This document shows positions 1 to 12,499 of a stretch of DNA of 64,000 bases, one piece after another. This DNA is from Selaginella moellendorffii. Its lineage: Eukaryota; Plantae; Lycopodiophyta. Numbering within the stretch: position 1 is the stretch's first letter; every line of letters starts with the position of its first letter. Location of the stretch: contig NW_003314290.1 in the NCBI RefSeq assembly GCF_000143415.4, positions 983,586-1,047,585 of the forward strand, read 5' to 3'. The translations under genes were made by a program, and so were the position numbers. The notes below the pieces were generated by a model. The model did no database searches. It saw only the letters and a list, made by a program, of their open reading frames with translations, and was not told where the DNA came from.

Positions 1-988
1 GAGTTGAGCTCAACTCAAGTCAATGCTAATCAATATAATCAACGATAAGTTTTATAAAGAAATCTCATGTCAGAAAAATGTTATTCATCAGTGAACTTGA
101 AATTAATGAATTTAATTGTTAATGGTTTAGAGAAATTTATTTATTTTTAATCTATTAACAGAGAGAACTTCTATTTTCTAGTATGAGCTATACAATAAAA
201 TACCAATTGAGTAGTTTCTAGAATTAGAATTTTGTTCAAACTTATATAATTGCTATTTTTTATATTCACAATATTCTGGTTAAAATGAGCTTTTTTGGGC
301 CCAAATAAAAATGGGAAGATTGAATTTTGCCATGAACCTGAAAACTTCTATTATACATTTTGACAATTTAACATTTTAACATTTCAAAAATTGATTAGAA
401 ATATATAAATAATTAAAAACCCTTATTCATTCATTCTCTAGAGTTTTACAAAGATGGAAAGCAAGAAAGATCAGAAATCTGTGAATAGTTTTAACATAAA
501 GAAATGTAAGAATGTTAATTTTATTTTACTACCACAATCTCTATATTACACTTTTGGTTTTTATTACCCATCCGCAAATATAGAAACCATTATCACTATT
601 GATAAAAATGTTTCTGTTACTTTCAAAACAATAGTTCAAAATAAGAGAAAAGAAGAAATGAACAACATAGCAAAAAGCATCAATAAATCCACTCCATAGA
701 ATATTTTATAGTATATTTGTAACTCATTTAAGAAAAGTAAGTTGTTTGTTTATTTCCTATTCTTTTTTGTATAAGTATGATATATTATCATAGTGAATCT
801 TTGCAAGGAGTAGTTAGTCTTTAGTTTATGGAACCCTAGAGCCACTTACCTCTTTGTAATTAATATGTAGCCCTATTACCGAGACTTATAATTAAGATTC
901 AGTCTATTACCATATGATAATAAAACCTCAAGATTGAAATGTAGTATGCAAACAATATAATCATCAAAAAATTCTCATTGTTGTGGAG

Positions 989-1444
989 TGAGTAAGGCTT
1001 TTTCTACCTGAACTCGTGTTCTCACCCTTGCCTGCAAAATAGTGATAAACAAACAAAGACAAGAACGTAGAAGAAAAGAAGAAAAGAAAATGAGAATGAG
1101 AAGAGAAAAGAATATAAAATAACTCAGCCTTGAACCCTAAAGGCATAAGAAAGGATAAACATATATCACTCTCTCAACTCTACTTTACACAAACAGTTAT
1201 AGACAAGAGAAAAAATGTTTAATTCAATGCAAATGTATACAATAGTGAGTGGGGGTTGTTTTTCAGCATGTTTAAGTGTTATTTATATACTACATGATTT
1301 TATAACTGTTCCTAACTGCTTCTTGTCTAAGTCGGGTCATTCTTCTTTGCATGCATAAACTTAGGTGTAATTCCATTTTGCCTAAACTTCCTTTTTCTGC
1401 TTTGCCTTGAAAAATATACAAAATAAAACATTTACCTCTTCATC
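989..1444 (-). repeat. 3' LTR of family F element
   Basis: TG...CA ends, similar to 12061-12499, adjacent to the PPT. Confidence 0.75.
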
Positions 1445-2847
1445 ACTCCCCCATGACAAAGGTATTGCATGTCCTCAGATAGTCGACTTCTCCAAATCCT
1501 ACTCCAAACTGTTAAGCTTGGCCTTTATAGTGATAAGCTCGATTCTTCGAATTGCTAGCTCACTTAGCTAATTCGTAATCTTGTGAGCGAAGGCATAGCT
1601 AGTCTTGACTTTGTAGTGCTGTTGTAGCGTCTGCTGCTACTGTGGCTGCTTCATCTTGCTAGATTGATCTACTAAGATTGTGTTATTGTCAGATATATAG
1701 GTGGAGTAGAGAAAAATCCTAGTACTATTTTCTTTTTGTATAGGTAACTCCACAGATATAAGTCTTACTTACATTATGTACCTATAAAATAATCTAAATG
1801 TATTATCACACTTTCTTTGACAATAGTAAAGGTATCAGAAGTCAGACTTCTATATACTTTGAGCAGAATATTATCAAGTATTTCACTCAGTAATTCGTTG
1901 AATTATTTAAGCAATTTTATTAAATCTATCATTTACTGGCTTAATTAAACACACAAGATAGTTTAATTTTTGCTTTCTTATACTTTTGCTTTGTCACACA
2001 GAGTGGGGATCAAACAATTTTCATCTAGGTCTTTAAACAAAATATATCTTGTAATAGGTGTGGTGGATCACTAGTAAACATTCTTATTTTGTGTACCCGA
2101 ATTCCCTTATTTAACTTTTATCAGGACAATGGAGGGTCGTCAATCCTTAATCTCTCCACATAAGTGCATAGAAGGTCTTTGTAGCGCACTTTATCTTTTT
2201 CCCCTTAAGCCAACTGGAAAAAAGGCAATTGCTTGATGAGAGAGCCTTTAGTGGTTATTTTATCCGCATTTATGCCCCAAGATTCTAAGGATCCATGGTG
2301 ACAGTATATCCAAATCTCATCCCATGATCACATGCGCTACACTCACCCCCCCTTCAAAGATGTCAATGTCCTCATTGACTATTGACTAACAACCCCTACT
2401 GAGCCAAGGGGAACCAGCACCTCCATTTTTGCACTGAATCTACCAATCTTTCTATTGTGTAGACTAGCTATTCCATGTGAGGCAACTAGTCATCCACCCG
2501 TATTACAGTCCCACGGTAGATACCTTCGTCCGTGGATACTCCACACAAGAAGAAGGACGTACGCATGGATGTTCAATACGTATGATTTCAAATTTAGGGG
2601 TAGGAATATATTTTGCTCAAGGGTATATTATATTTTTAAGTAGCCATTAATCAATGGGAATCGAACCCATGCCATTTCCTCTAATACCAACTGTAGCGCA
2701 CTTTATCTCTCTCCCCTTAAACCAACTGGAAAAGGGGCAATTGCTTGATGAGAGAGCCCTTAGTGGCTATTTTATCTCCATTTATCCCCCAAGGTTCCAA
2801 GGATCCACGGTGACAGTATATCCAAATCTCATCCCATGATCACATAT

Positions 2848-3991
2848 TGTCGCACATGTGACTTCGGGTATCGAAAGTTACCTGTCGACCTGTCCTTATG
2901 GACACTCTTACCTTACTGCCACGATGGCAGGAGGTCGGTATTGCTGGACCTGTTATCAGTCTCCGCCTAAGCTAGTTGAGAAACTGGTCTTCGCGTGTGC
3001 ACTTGACCAGATGAGCATAAGGAAGGAATTCCTAAGTGTCTATTTAGTCAAGCATACTTGACCTGGTTAGAGAAACTCATTCGTTGACTTGCACTTGCTA
3101 GTGTTGGGAACCCCCGTGATATTGAGCTTGGTCCCTCAATATCGCAAGATGATAGCTTACCGTGTCTGCCAAACACCCTCGCTATCATGCCCTTTGTGTT
3201 AGTCTCATTTTGGTCCCAAATGCTATTTATGGAAAGTGTCCAGATTTGCTCATTTGGCATATCTACGGAATGTAGAGATCGTCCTGAACACAATGGTGTT
3301 CGTCCCATGTCCAAATTCGCAATCTAAAGACATTCCATATTTAGTAAGTTTCGAGCTTGTCCCAGAGACTAACTCCTAATACTAAGGGAGGCTTGGGGTG
3401 AAAGCCCAAAGCGTGTGTTCCTCAAGGGGGGGGGCTGTGGGGGGTTCCAAATGTATAGTAGGGATAGTGGGTAGGTCGGGCATGGCCGACCAACCTGAGG
3501 CATAGTCTAGCTCCCGCTTGCGTGCCTGTCCTTGTTCTGCGTCCGGCTTGGGTCTAAGCCCAAGTTCCTTTCCATGCTAGTTGGTGGAGTACCCATATCC
3601 TCACGTTAGGCCACCGGTATGCCGAAATAGCGCCAGACTCCGTTTGGCTCCGTTTTGCGTGCTAGTCCTGGCATTGGGATGCTGGATGCTCCAGGACTGT
3701 TCCAAGTCGCTCTGGGCTCCTGTCCCTTCACTCCTTGGGCTTAATGCTCGGGAGTTGCTCCGTGGTTCGGTTCCATCACTCCTTGGCTCCATGCTTGGGA
3801 GTTTGGCACCGTTCCTTCGTTCAGTGGCCCAAGGCCCTGAACCTCAGGTTCCTATGGACATGTGGCATGGACACGTGGCATGTGACATGTGGCATCTGTC
3901 ACATGGCACAAAGAGGGTTTAGGTTCCGCTTTGTGGTGTTATCCTATGGTAAATCACCATAGGATAAAGGGTCAAAACCACATGCGCTACA
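2848..3991 (+). repeat. 5' LTR, family A
   Basis: TGTCGC...GCTACA, followed by the Met PBS. Confidence 0.95.
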
Positions 3992-6900
3992 TTTGGTATC
4001 AGAGGTATGAGTCTCAGCGAGTACTATTCAATGAGATTAGGCAACTAGTCTCGTTGCATACGCAGAGATGAAGACGATGATCCGAGTGGGTACACGTTTG
4101 GTGCAAAGGGTTCACATTCGTTCCTTGGGTATGGTTTTGGTTACCTTTTGTACCATATTCTGTGAGCTTGAGCTTGGGCTCACAAAAGGGATTGAGTTGT
4201 TCCGGTTACACGAGTTTACGCTTGGGCTCGTGAGTAAGGCACATTAGCAACTTAAGGTTACATTTTGAGTTGGCAGAATTAATGTTAGCCTCTCAGTGGT
4301 TCCATGAGTTGTTCTAGTGGTTCCATGAGTTGTTCTAGTGGTTCCATGAGTTGTTCCATGTATCGTGGGTGAAAGCAAACCTTCCCTGAGTTTGCTACGA
4401 GTGGCAAATAGGCTGGTCCGTAGCTATTTAGCACGGCACTAGTAGATCCTTCCTAGGCATGATTACAAGTGGATCAATCAAGACTGTAGGGATTAGTCTA
4501 TTGGTTCAAGTAATCATTGCCGTGCTCTCTTATAAACTTTCCTTGGATTGGACTGAAGGCAGTGCGAACGTAAGCTTGAAGTGTAGTCGAAGATGAGACC
4601 GAAAAGAGAGTCGTCGGGGACGAAGGATCAAACACGTAAATCATCTTCCCTTCTTGGAGAGATGATTTGCAACGAGATGTGACTCATTGCTCGTGTTCAC
4701 ATTATGCAATCAAGAGTCCCTACCTTGATGCATATTGGAAATGATGGTCTTACAAATGGTGAGTTATGGGATGGATAGTGGTGAAACACTATACCATTTT
4801 GTCTAGGCTTGCTATTGGAAGACTTGGGTTGCAATGTTCAATTCTTTTCCGGAGAACTTTGCTATTGCTCCTTGAGTAGCTTGGTGTTGGATTAGTGTTA
4901 AATTTGGTCGAAAAGAGAGTGGCATGAGTTTGTCCATGTTGTGAACAAAAAGTTAGTGGTGTTGAGTGTTGTAAATCTTTATCGGTGGAGTGTGGCATTT
5001 ATGTTGCATTTTTGTCGAATCGAGTTTGCACTTGATACTCACATAAACCTTTGAAGTAATGACATAGACATTCCTCGTGGTGTTGCTCAATTGGTGATCA
5101 AATCATTGTGATTTCCGTATCATATCCATGTGATAATGAGCAATGTGTTTACGAAGTTGCTTGGTTAAATGATGATCAACCTCAAAGTGGTTGATAGTGA
5201 AGCTAGTCTACTTGCACGAAGTAGCATTGTAGTAGCTTTGACTAGGTTCTCAATGGTGGTTCATTATGCTAAGCTTAAGTTGGTTCCTTGTTCCTTGTTT
5301 CCTTGAGAGTTTGCCTAAAAGGTGTTGGAAAAGGTTATAGCATTCATTTGCTATAACTTGTCGATTGATCCGTTAGCACTTGGAGTAGATTATTGGATGG
5401 AGAAAGTGTGCAGTTAAGGCATTGACATCGCTAGCACTTGTGTTAGTGGAAGTGGCATTGTTGATTCAAGTGATGAGGAATTTTCCTTAGAGCTTGATTT
5501 TCCATGTCATTTTTCTTGTTAGTGTTTTAGCTTCACATTGGATCTTGAAGGTGGTTGAAGAATAGTGTTCGTGCAATGTGGATATCCGAAGATGTGGTCT
5601 TCGTGATCAAGTCTTGGATATTCCATTTGCATTTTTACGGATATCAGTGTTGGATGTCGAAAGAATGGGCAAAAAGATGTTCGAGGCTTAAGCATACTAT
5701 GGGTCTTGAGAATTGGTGTCGAGGTGAACCTATGTGAAGTTGTTAGTAGGAGGAAGTTGGTTGAGTCTTGAAAGTTTGTATTTCTAGACTAAGAGTCATT
5801 CTTTCTCTAGGATGGAAAATTTTCCACAAATTTTCTTAAGCTTTTCCAATGGCTAATCTGTTTATCACTTTGCCCGAAAATTCTGTTTTCGTAAGCCAGT
5901 ACAAACTAGTGAAGGGGTAGGAGTTGACTTTTGTTGGCTTAAACCTTAGTAGGTAGTTTGTATGATGCGACCCGAAAGGGATGCTGACCTTTGAAGCTAA
6001 AGCAATTGAATTGAATAGAGTCTGGAGTTAATGTAGAAAAGTGGCCATTGCACTTTTCTAAGAAAGGTGACCCTTGTGCCTTTCTTTTGTAGCGTTATGC
6101 TTGGTGGCAGGTTGCACTTTGCATTTTGTTTGACTCTATGAGAGTAGTGAGCTCTCACTGATCTTGACTTGGTCTTGGTGGCCCTGCGCCTTGGCTGAGG
6201 ATGGTGATGTTCAACTTAGTTGGTTGAGTTTGAGATGTTGGTACCCGTACTATAGCTTTGTCTATAAGGAGGTTGTGTACCGATATAGATCCATCTCATG
6301 GTCTTCGCTTTAGTTTCGGCTAAGTGTTGGTCATGCATAGCTAGCCTCTTCAAGGCATGCTCAGAGCTAGTGGCTAAATGCATTGGTGAGCTTATCGCGG
6401 TTGAGTTGGATTCGAGTGGTCATTTAGTTTGTGCTTGTCCATGAACCTTTATCTCATATTTGGGGTATTACGTTCATGTTGAACAAGTGTGTAACTCAAT
6501 GGCATGAGTTAGTGTTTGGGTTTTGTGAAAGGCAAGACAAGTGATTGTTGGTTGCTTTGCAACTAGTGATTGCTTGTAGACTTTGTCAAGGGCTTTGGAC
6601 ACTTGCTTCGCTTGATGAAGATTTAGCAGTGATGGGTTTACTTTACCGGATGGTATTGCGGAGGATCGTGTCATTTGACTTACATGGGTTTTCCATGTTG
6701 GCATGTCGACTCTACCTCTGTTGGTATCATTTGGTTGCGTTTAGTTCATAGTGTTGGATTTCATTGAGTCTTGGATGTGGTGATGCACTCCTTGAGGAAG
6801 TGTTATCTGTACCTGAGTAATGTTGAAGAACTAGTCTCGGATACTGACTAAAGTATCTCCGACTTTGGTTAGCTTGGTTGCAAGAGAGTTTTGAGTGGTG

Positions 6901-9017
6901 ATTCACTCTTGCTTTCTTTTAGCTTTGTTCTGATGTTGATGACATTGAGGTGATGCCTTGTCATTGATATTATTGACGTTGAGATTCAAGTGAGATGAGA
7001 TGTCTATCCTTAGGATTGATATTGCGTTTCATTAGTCTCGATGAAAATAGTGTTGATGATTTGGCTATGGCTTTGTGTTATTGGCATTCGTGCATTTGCT
7101 AGTTAGCAACTGTGTTGACATTCAAACAAGCGGAATGGCAAGTTTGAATTAGTTGTGTTGTAGACGAGGTTATTTAGTAGGGGTTGAGCTTTGGCTTTTC
7201 CTTGAAAAAGTGATTTAGTCATGGACTATGCTAACTCTACAAATGGGAGAGTTAGTGATCGATATTAGAATATTTGAATCCTTATGGGATTTTAGTTGAA
7301 ATATATTGATCATTGATGATTCTTTTTGTGCTTGTTATGAAGTGAGTTACGTCTTGCTATGGATGGATTCATGGAGGATCGTTTGGTGATCACTTGTCCA
7401 GCATAGCTTCGTTATGCTTAGCTTTTGGATTGATGCAGATATGCTCTTCATTAGCTTGGCATTATGAAGTTTAGCTTATGGATGTGTTGAGGAGGATATT
7501 GTGGGTTAAACTATAATTTCTTCTTTAGCATTGAAGTTAGTTCATGCGAAACTTGTGATCATTGTTAGGAAAGACTTAGCTATAGACTTCTTCGAGCTTT
7601 TGGTTCTTTGAGCTTTATGCTCGTTGTTCCATTTGTTAGAAGTTGTTGGGGAGGGCATTTTGGCTTGTTAGCTTCGATGAAGTTCGTATTTGCATCTGGC
7701 AATCATTGGTGATGATTAATTATCATCTAAGATAGTTGATTATCCTTGTCAAGGGTTTTGCTTGGTTGTTGTTGATATAGAATGATTCACTGCTCTTTGA
7801 GATAGTGGATTCTTTCTTAGACGATGATTATGCATCTCTTTATTGATGGGATGATTGATGATCTTTCGTGATAGTTAGTTGTTCTCTTTGATGGCTTGTG
7901 GCTTTTTGCAATATCACATGTTCTTTGTGATTTGCTCTGGATTGGTCTCTTGGGTTTGAGACATCACAAGGATGTTGCTAACACTTGCTTAGGCAACTTG
8001 AGTTCTTTGGTGTTGTTGGCTGGTATCTATTTGGATTGGCTAGTGTGATAGTTGGCATGAATGGGTGTTTGTTGGTCTTACCACATTCATTCTGTTCTGT
8101 TGATTATTGCTCGAGTTAGTTCTGATAGGTTGGGATGTTATTTCCTTCGGGTGATACATTCACGAGCATTGTGCCTGTCAGTCAATGATACTTTGTGTTC
8201 TTTGAGTTATCTCTAGTAAGTTGTTGGCTTACTGTCTGCTATCTTTGATAGTTATGTTTTATCATTAAGTGTTCTTGATGATACACTAGCTATTGAATTT
8301 TGTTGGATAGTGAATCCTATGTTTACCAATTATGATGATCTTGGTGGTTCCTGCACTATAATACTAGTTTATCAGATGATAACTTACTTGGAATACTTTT
8401 GTGTTCTAATCTAAGATATAATCACTGATAATTCAGCTTCTAAGATATCATTGTCTCTAACTTTGATATTGTCCATCTATTGATCTTTGAGTTTGGGCTA
8501 GTAAAGGCAGACTGGCTTCGGCACTTCGTGTGCATGTTGAAATCTCTAGTCATGGGGTAGCTACTGTCGACTGGTCACATAACCCGCCTCTCTGTCGATG
8601 TTCCTTATTCTGTTGAAAGGGCGTGACCGTGTAAACAACTCTAACTGCCTGTTTACAGTAGTCTATCTAAACCTTACCGACGGGTTTGGTTTCTTTGCTC
8701 AGGAGGGTTGGGGCCTCTGGCTTCTCTCTCTATGTCTCTGCGGGCAGGGCATATCACACTTTTGTAAGCTGGGTGACTCCTAGAGCAGCAAGGGTGGCTG
8801 ACTCTGTTGGTCATTTCCTTGTCGGCGACGGCCGGAAGGTGTCTGAGCTGGTAGCGCATCCGCGTTAGACAAAGAGGTTACCCCTAACTCATTTAAGTTG
8901 GTGCATTTCTCACATAGTGTGAGTACCGTGAACTTTTTTCTGGAGTTGTTTCCTTGGCGGTATTCTAGACTCGAGTGTGCATCGACGAGGACGTCGATCT
9001 TCCCAAGGGGGGGAGAG

Positions 9018-10161
9018 TGTCGCGCATGTGACTTCGGGTATCGAAAGTTACCTGTCGACCTGTCCTTACGGACACTCTTACCTTACTGCCACGATGGCAG
9101 GAGGTCGGTATTGCTGGACCCGTTATCAGTCTCCGCCTAAGCTAGTTGAGAAACTGGTCTTCGCGTGTGCACTTGACCAGATGAGCATAAGGAAGGAATT
9201 CCTAAGTGTCTATTTAGTCAAGCATACTTGACCTGGTTAGAGAAACTCATTCGTTGACTTGCACTTGCTAGTGTTGGGAACCCCCGTGATATTGAGCTTG
9301 GTCCCTCAATATCGCAAGATGATAGCTTACCGTGTCTGCCAAACACCCTCGCTATCATGCCCTTTGTGTTAGTCTCATTTTGGTCCCAAATGCTATTTAT
9401 GGAAAGTGTCCAGATTTGCTCATTTGGCATATCTACGGAATGTAGAGATCGTCCTGAACACAATGGTGTTCGTCCCATGTCCAAATTCGCAATCTAAGGA
9501 CATTCCATATTTAGTAAGTTTCGAGCTTGTCCCAAAGACTAACTCCTAATACTAAGGGAGGCTTGGGGTGAAAGCCCAAAGCGTGTGTTCCTCAAGGGGG
9601 GGGGCTGTGGGGGGTTCCAAATGTATAGTAGGGATAGTGGGTAGGTTGGGCATGGCCGACCAACTTGAGGCATAGTCTAGCTCCCGCTTGCGTGCCTGTC
9701 CTTGTTCTGCGTCCGGCTTGGGTCTAAGCCCAAGTTCCTTTCCATGCTAGTTGGTGGAGTACCCATATCCTCACGTTAGGCCACCGGTATGCCGAAATAG
9801 CGCCAGACTCCGTTTGGCTCCGTTTTGCGTGCTAGTCCTGGCATTGGGATGCTGGATGCTCCAGGACTGTTCCAAGTCGCTCCGGGCTCCTGTCCCTTCA
9901 CTCCTTGGGCTTAATGCTCGGGAGTTGCTCCGTGGTTCGGTTCCATCACTCCTTGGCTCCATGCTTGGGAGTTTGGCACCGTTCCTTCGTTCAGTGGCCC
10001 AAGGCCCTGAACCTCAGGTTCCTATGGACACGTGGCATGGACACGTGGCATGTGACATGTGGCATCTGTCACATGGCACAAAGAGGGTTTAGGTTCCGCT
10101 TTGTGGTGTTATCCTATGGTAAATCACCATAGGATAAAGGGTCAAAACCACATGCGCTACA
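9018..10161 (+). repeat. 3' LTR, family A
   Basis: Preceded by the PPT; near-identical to 2848-3991. Confidence 0.95.
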
Positions 10162-12060
10162 CATATGCTACAGTCCTCCCCTTTCTACCAATGTCTAGTG
10201 TGGTTAATTTAATGCAAAATCTGTAGCGTGTGATAGCCAATTCCAAAGTAGCTTGCTTGCTTCACAGTGGGTTTTACCCTTTGGCTTATAGTCAATCTTG
10301 CTTTTACAATTGTGAAATTAGAAAGAGTAGTCTATTTCTTTTGGCAAATTTTAGGTAAACTAGATTAATACTAGGGATTAATTTGAATGGGGCGTGGAAA
10401 CCATTATGTGAAATTGCTCTGTGGAATTAACACAAGAGTTAAATTGTCTAGCGCATGATAGCCTATTCTAAATTAATTTTCTTGTGGAATGACTTTATGT
10501 AGTTTTTCAAACATATGATAGCTAATTCATGAAAGAATTTATTTCAGATTTAGACAAAAATTGATTTTCAAGGTGAATTTCTCTCTATCCTCTTCACCAA
10601 CGGGTGGTTATAGTTAATACAAGTCTTTGCTCAAGCTTGTATGACAAAATTTTGAGCTTTGTAGTATATTTAAAAATTTTAGAATTTTAGATTATCTGAA
10701 ACTATTTCACTTTTTAGACAAAACCCTTTTCTAATATCTTTAAATTTGTTTTAGTTCTTTAGAGTTCAAAATGCGTGAAACACCCTTTGTGAAACGTAAT
10801 CCCCAAGTGTACGTACCTTCTCATAGAAGAGAATTCCCACTTAATGAATATTTTCCGCATAGACAAAATTATATAATTACTCCAATAAGAGTTGTAGCTC
10901 AATTTTCGCTTACGTTTGGAACACACAAATTACCCTATGTGCTAATTAAGCTTTTGCCAAACAAAGCAGTCTAGAGGCTTCACACTATAAATGCGAAATA
11001 AAAAGCTATAGAACTTGTTGCTAGGCATAAGTATCAATCTTGGACCTAAAGTGATAAGTATTTCTCTTAGCAATTGAGTGTCACTCAATTGGTCTGAAAG
11101 GTGGATTTTCTCGCCTATTCACTTTTATATTTGCTCTTTGTCTATACCTTACTTCAAGGGATATGGGGTGTGTTTCACATGATTGCCCTTGATTTAGGGC
11201 TAGATATGATGTGAGTGCTCTTAAAATCTATAGGAGAATGACACCTTTCACACTAAGTAGTGTTTATAAGCTCTCTATGTATAAAAGATGAGCCTTGATT
11301 AATTCACTTAGGTGTACTAAGTGTAGAGTAGTTTGAACTGTTAGAGTGATTCATGATAACCATTTCTAAATTTTCAACTTGTGAGTTTTGTTCGAGTTTT
11401 ATAAGCTTTTACAATATGTGTAGAAGACTTAAACTCAAGATAAGTCTACTCTCAAACCATATCTGAGTAGTAGTCTAAGTTAAAGGACCTTAGATTAAAG
11501 CCTTAAAACAACACAATGTTCTAATTGTGATTTTGGGTGAATAATTCCCCAATTTGTTCTTTACTAAGGCTAGCTTTAGCACTCTTTAAGTTGGAGTCGA
11601 AGACAAGAGTTACAAGTGCCTAATTTTCCTACTTATGTATGCCCTTGAAAAATTGTGATACACTATTGAAAACTTGTTCAAAAGGAAAGAATTCCAAAGT
11701 ACTTGATTATGTTTTCCACATCAAATGAACTCTATTTCTTTTTTTGGATTTTTCTAAAGAAATTCCTGGCAAAGCAATTTAACTTAAATTGCTTGCAATG
11801 TTTGCCATACTTCAATTTCAAATTCGTCCCATGCTCTATGGCTTTGGTGACAATTGAAAACTATCTTTCTTGCATTGTTTAGGTATTAAGCCACTAGAGT
11901 TTTTTTGTTTAGTGTTATTTAGGTTTAGGGCTTTTGCAATTACTAAAGAAATCTTTTTGTGATTCCTAGTGCTGAGCACGTTTGGAATTCACAAACGATT
12001 TTTTCATGATTGTCTTTCAAGCCAAAAAGTGACGGCTTATCCCACCATGGTCACCAAAAG

Positions 12061-12499
12061 TGAGTAAGGCTTTTTTTGCCTATACTTATGTTCTCGCCCC
12101 TGCATATAAAATAATGATAAATAAACAGAGACGAAAATGTAGAAGTAGATAAGAAAAGAAAATGAGAATGAGAAGAGAATAAAATATAGAAAAACTTAGT
12201 TTCGAACCCTAAAGACGTAAGTAAGGATAAACATATGTCACTCTTTTAATTCTACTTTACACAATCATAGGCAGGAGAAAAGATGATTAATTCAATGCAA
12301 ATGCATACAACAATGAGTGGGGGTTGTTTTTCAGCACATCTAAGCGTTACTTATATACTACATGATTTTATAATCATTGTTAAGGTTAGGTCTTTCATCT
12401 TTAAATGCATAAAATTAAACGTAATTCCATTTTGCTTAAGCTTCTTTTTTCTGCTTTGCTTGGGAAGATATACAAGATTAAACATTTACCTTTTCATCA
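12061..12499 (-). repeat. 5' LTR of family F element
   Basis: TG...CA ends, followed on the minus strand by the PBS. Confidence 0.75.

Larger units (their letters stand above)
2848..10161 (+). mobile_element. Full-length non-autonomous LTR retroelement (LARD-like, family A), young insertion
   Basis: 1144-bp LTRs at 2848-3991 and 9018-10161 with about 9 mismatches counted by eye. PBS TGGTATCAGAG 3994-4004, PPT AAGGGGGGGAGAG before 9018, perfect TSD CATAT. The 5-kb G/T-rich interior has no ORF above ~85 aa. Confidence 0.93.
2180..10172 (-). mobile_element. TRIM1 (terminal-repeat retrotransposon in miniature, ~670 bp without its insertion)
   Basis: 162-bp LTRs TGTAGCGCAC...GCTACA at 2180-2341 and at 2692-2847 plus 10167-10172. 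Minus-strand Met-tRNA PBS TGGTATTAGAG at ~2679-2689 and PPT GGGGGGGTGAG at 2342-2352. TSD gtctt/gtcct. The 350-bp interior is non-coding. Confidence 0.9.
989..12499 (-). mobile_element. Old degenerate LTR retrotransposon (family F), host of nested TRIM and LARD
   Basis: Diverged direct repeats at 989-1444 and 12061-12499, both TGAGTAAGG...TTCATCA. Reverse-complement PPT CTCCCCC at 1445. Minus-strand PBS TGGTGACCATGGTGGGA at 12040-12056 resembles a tRNA-Arg PBS. No intact ORF. TSD is degenerate (tggag/taaaa). Confidence 0.75.

Noticed and set aside
1-988. Possible degenerate coding sequence
   Set aside because: AT-rich with many stops and no motif I can identify.
2180-2341. Cassandra-type 5S rRNA segment in the TRIM LTR
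   Set aside because: No recognisable 5S sequence.
2654-2670. tRNA gene
   Set aside because: Only a T-arm is present; no cloverleaf.
3581-3922. 113-aa ORF duplicated at 9751-10092
   Set aside because: It is duplicated only because it lies in the LTR, is disrupted in other LTR copies, and has no recognisable domain.
2848-3991. Hammerhead ribozyme (retrozyme) in the LARD or TRIM LTRs
   Set aside because: No CTGANGA...GAAA core found by eye on either strand. CAGATGAG (~3008) and TTGATGAG (~2745) lack the rest of the core. An Infernal search would be decisive.
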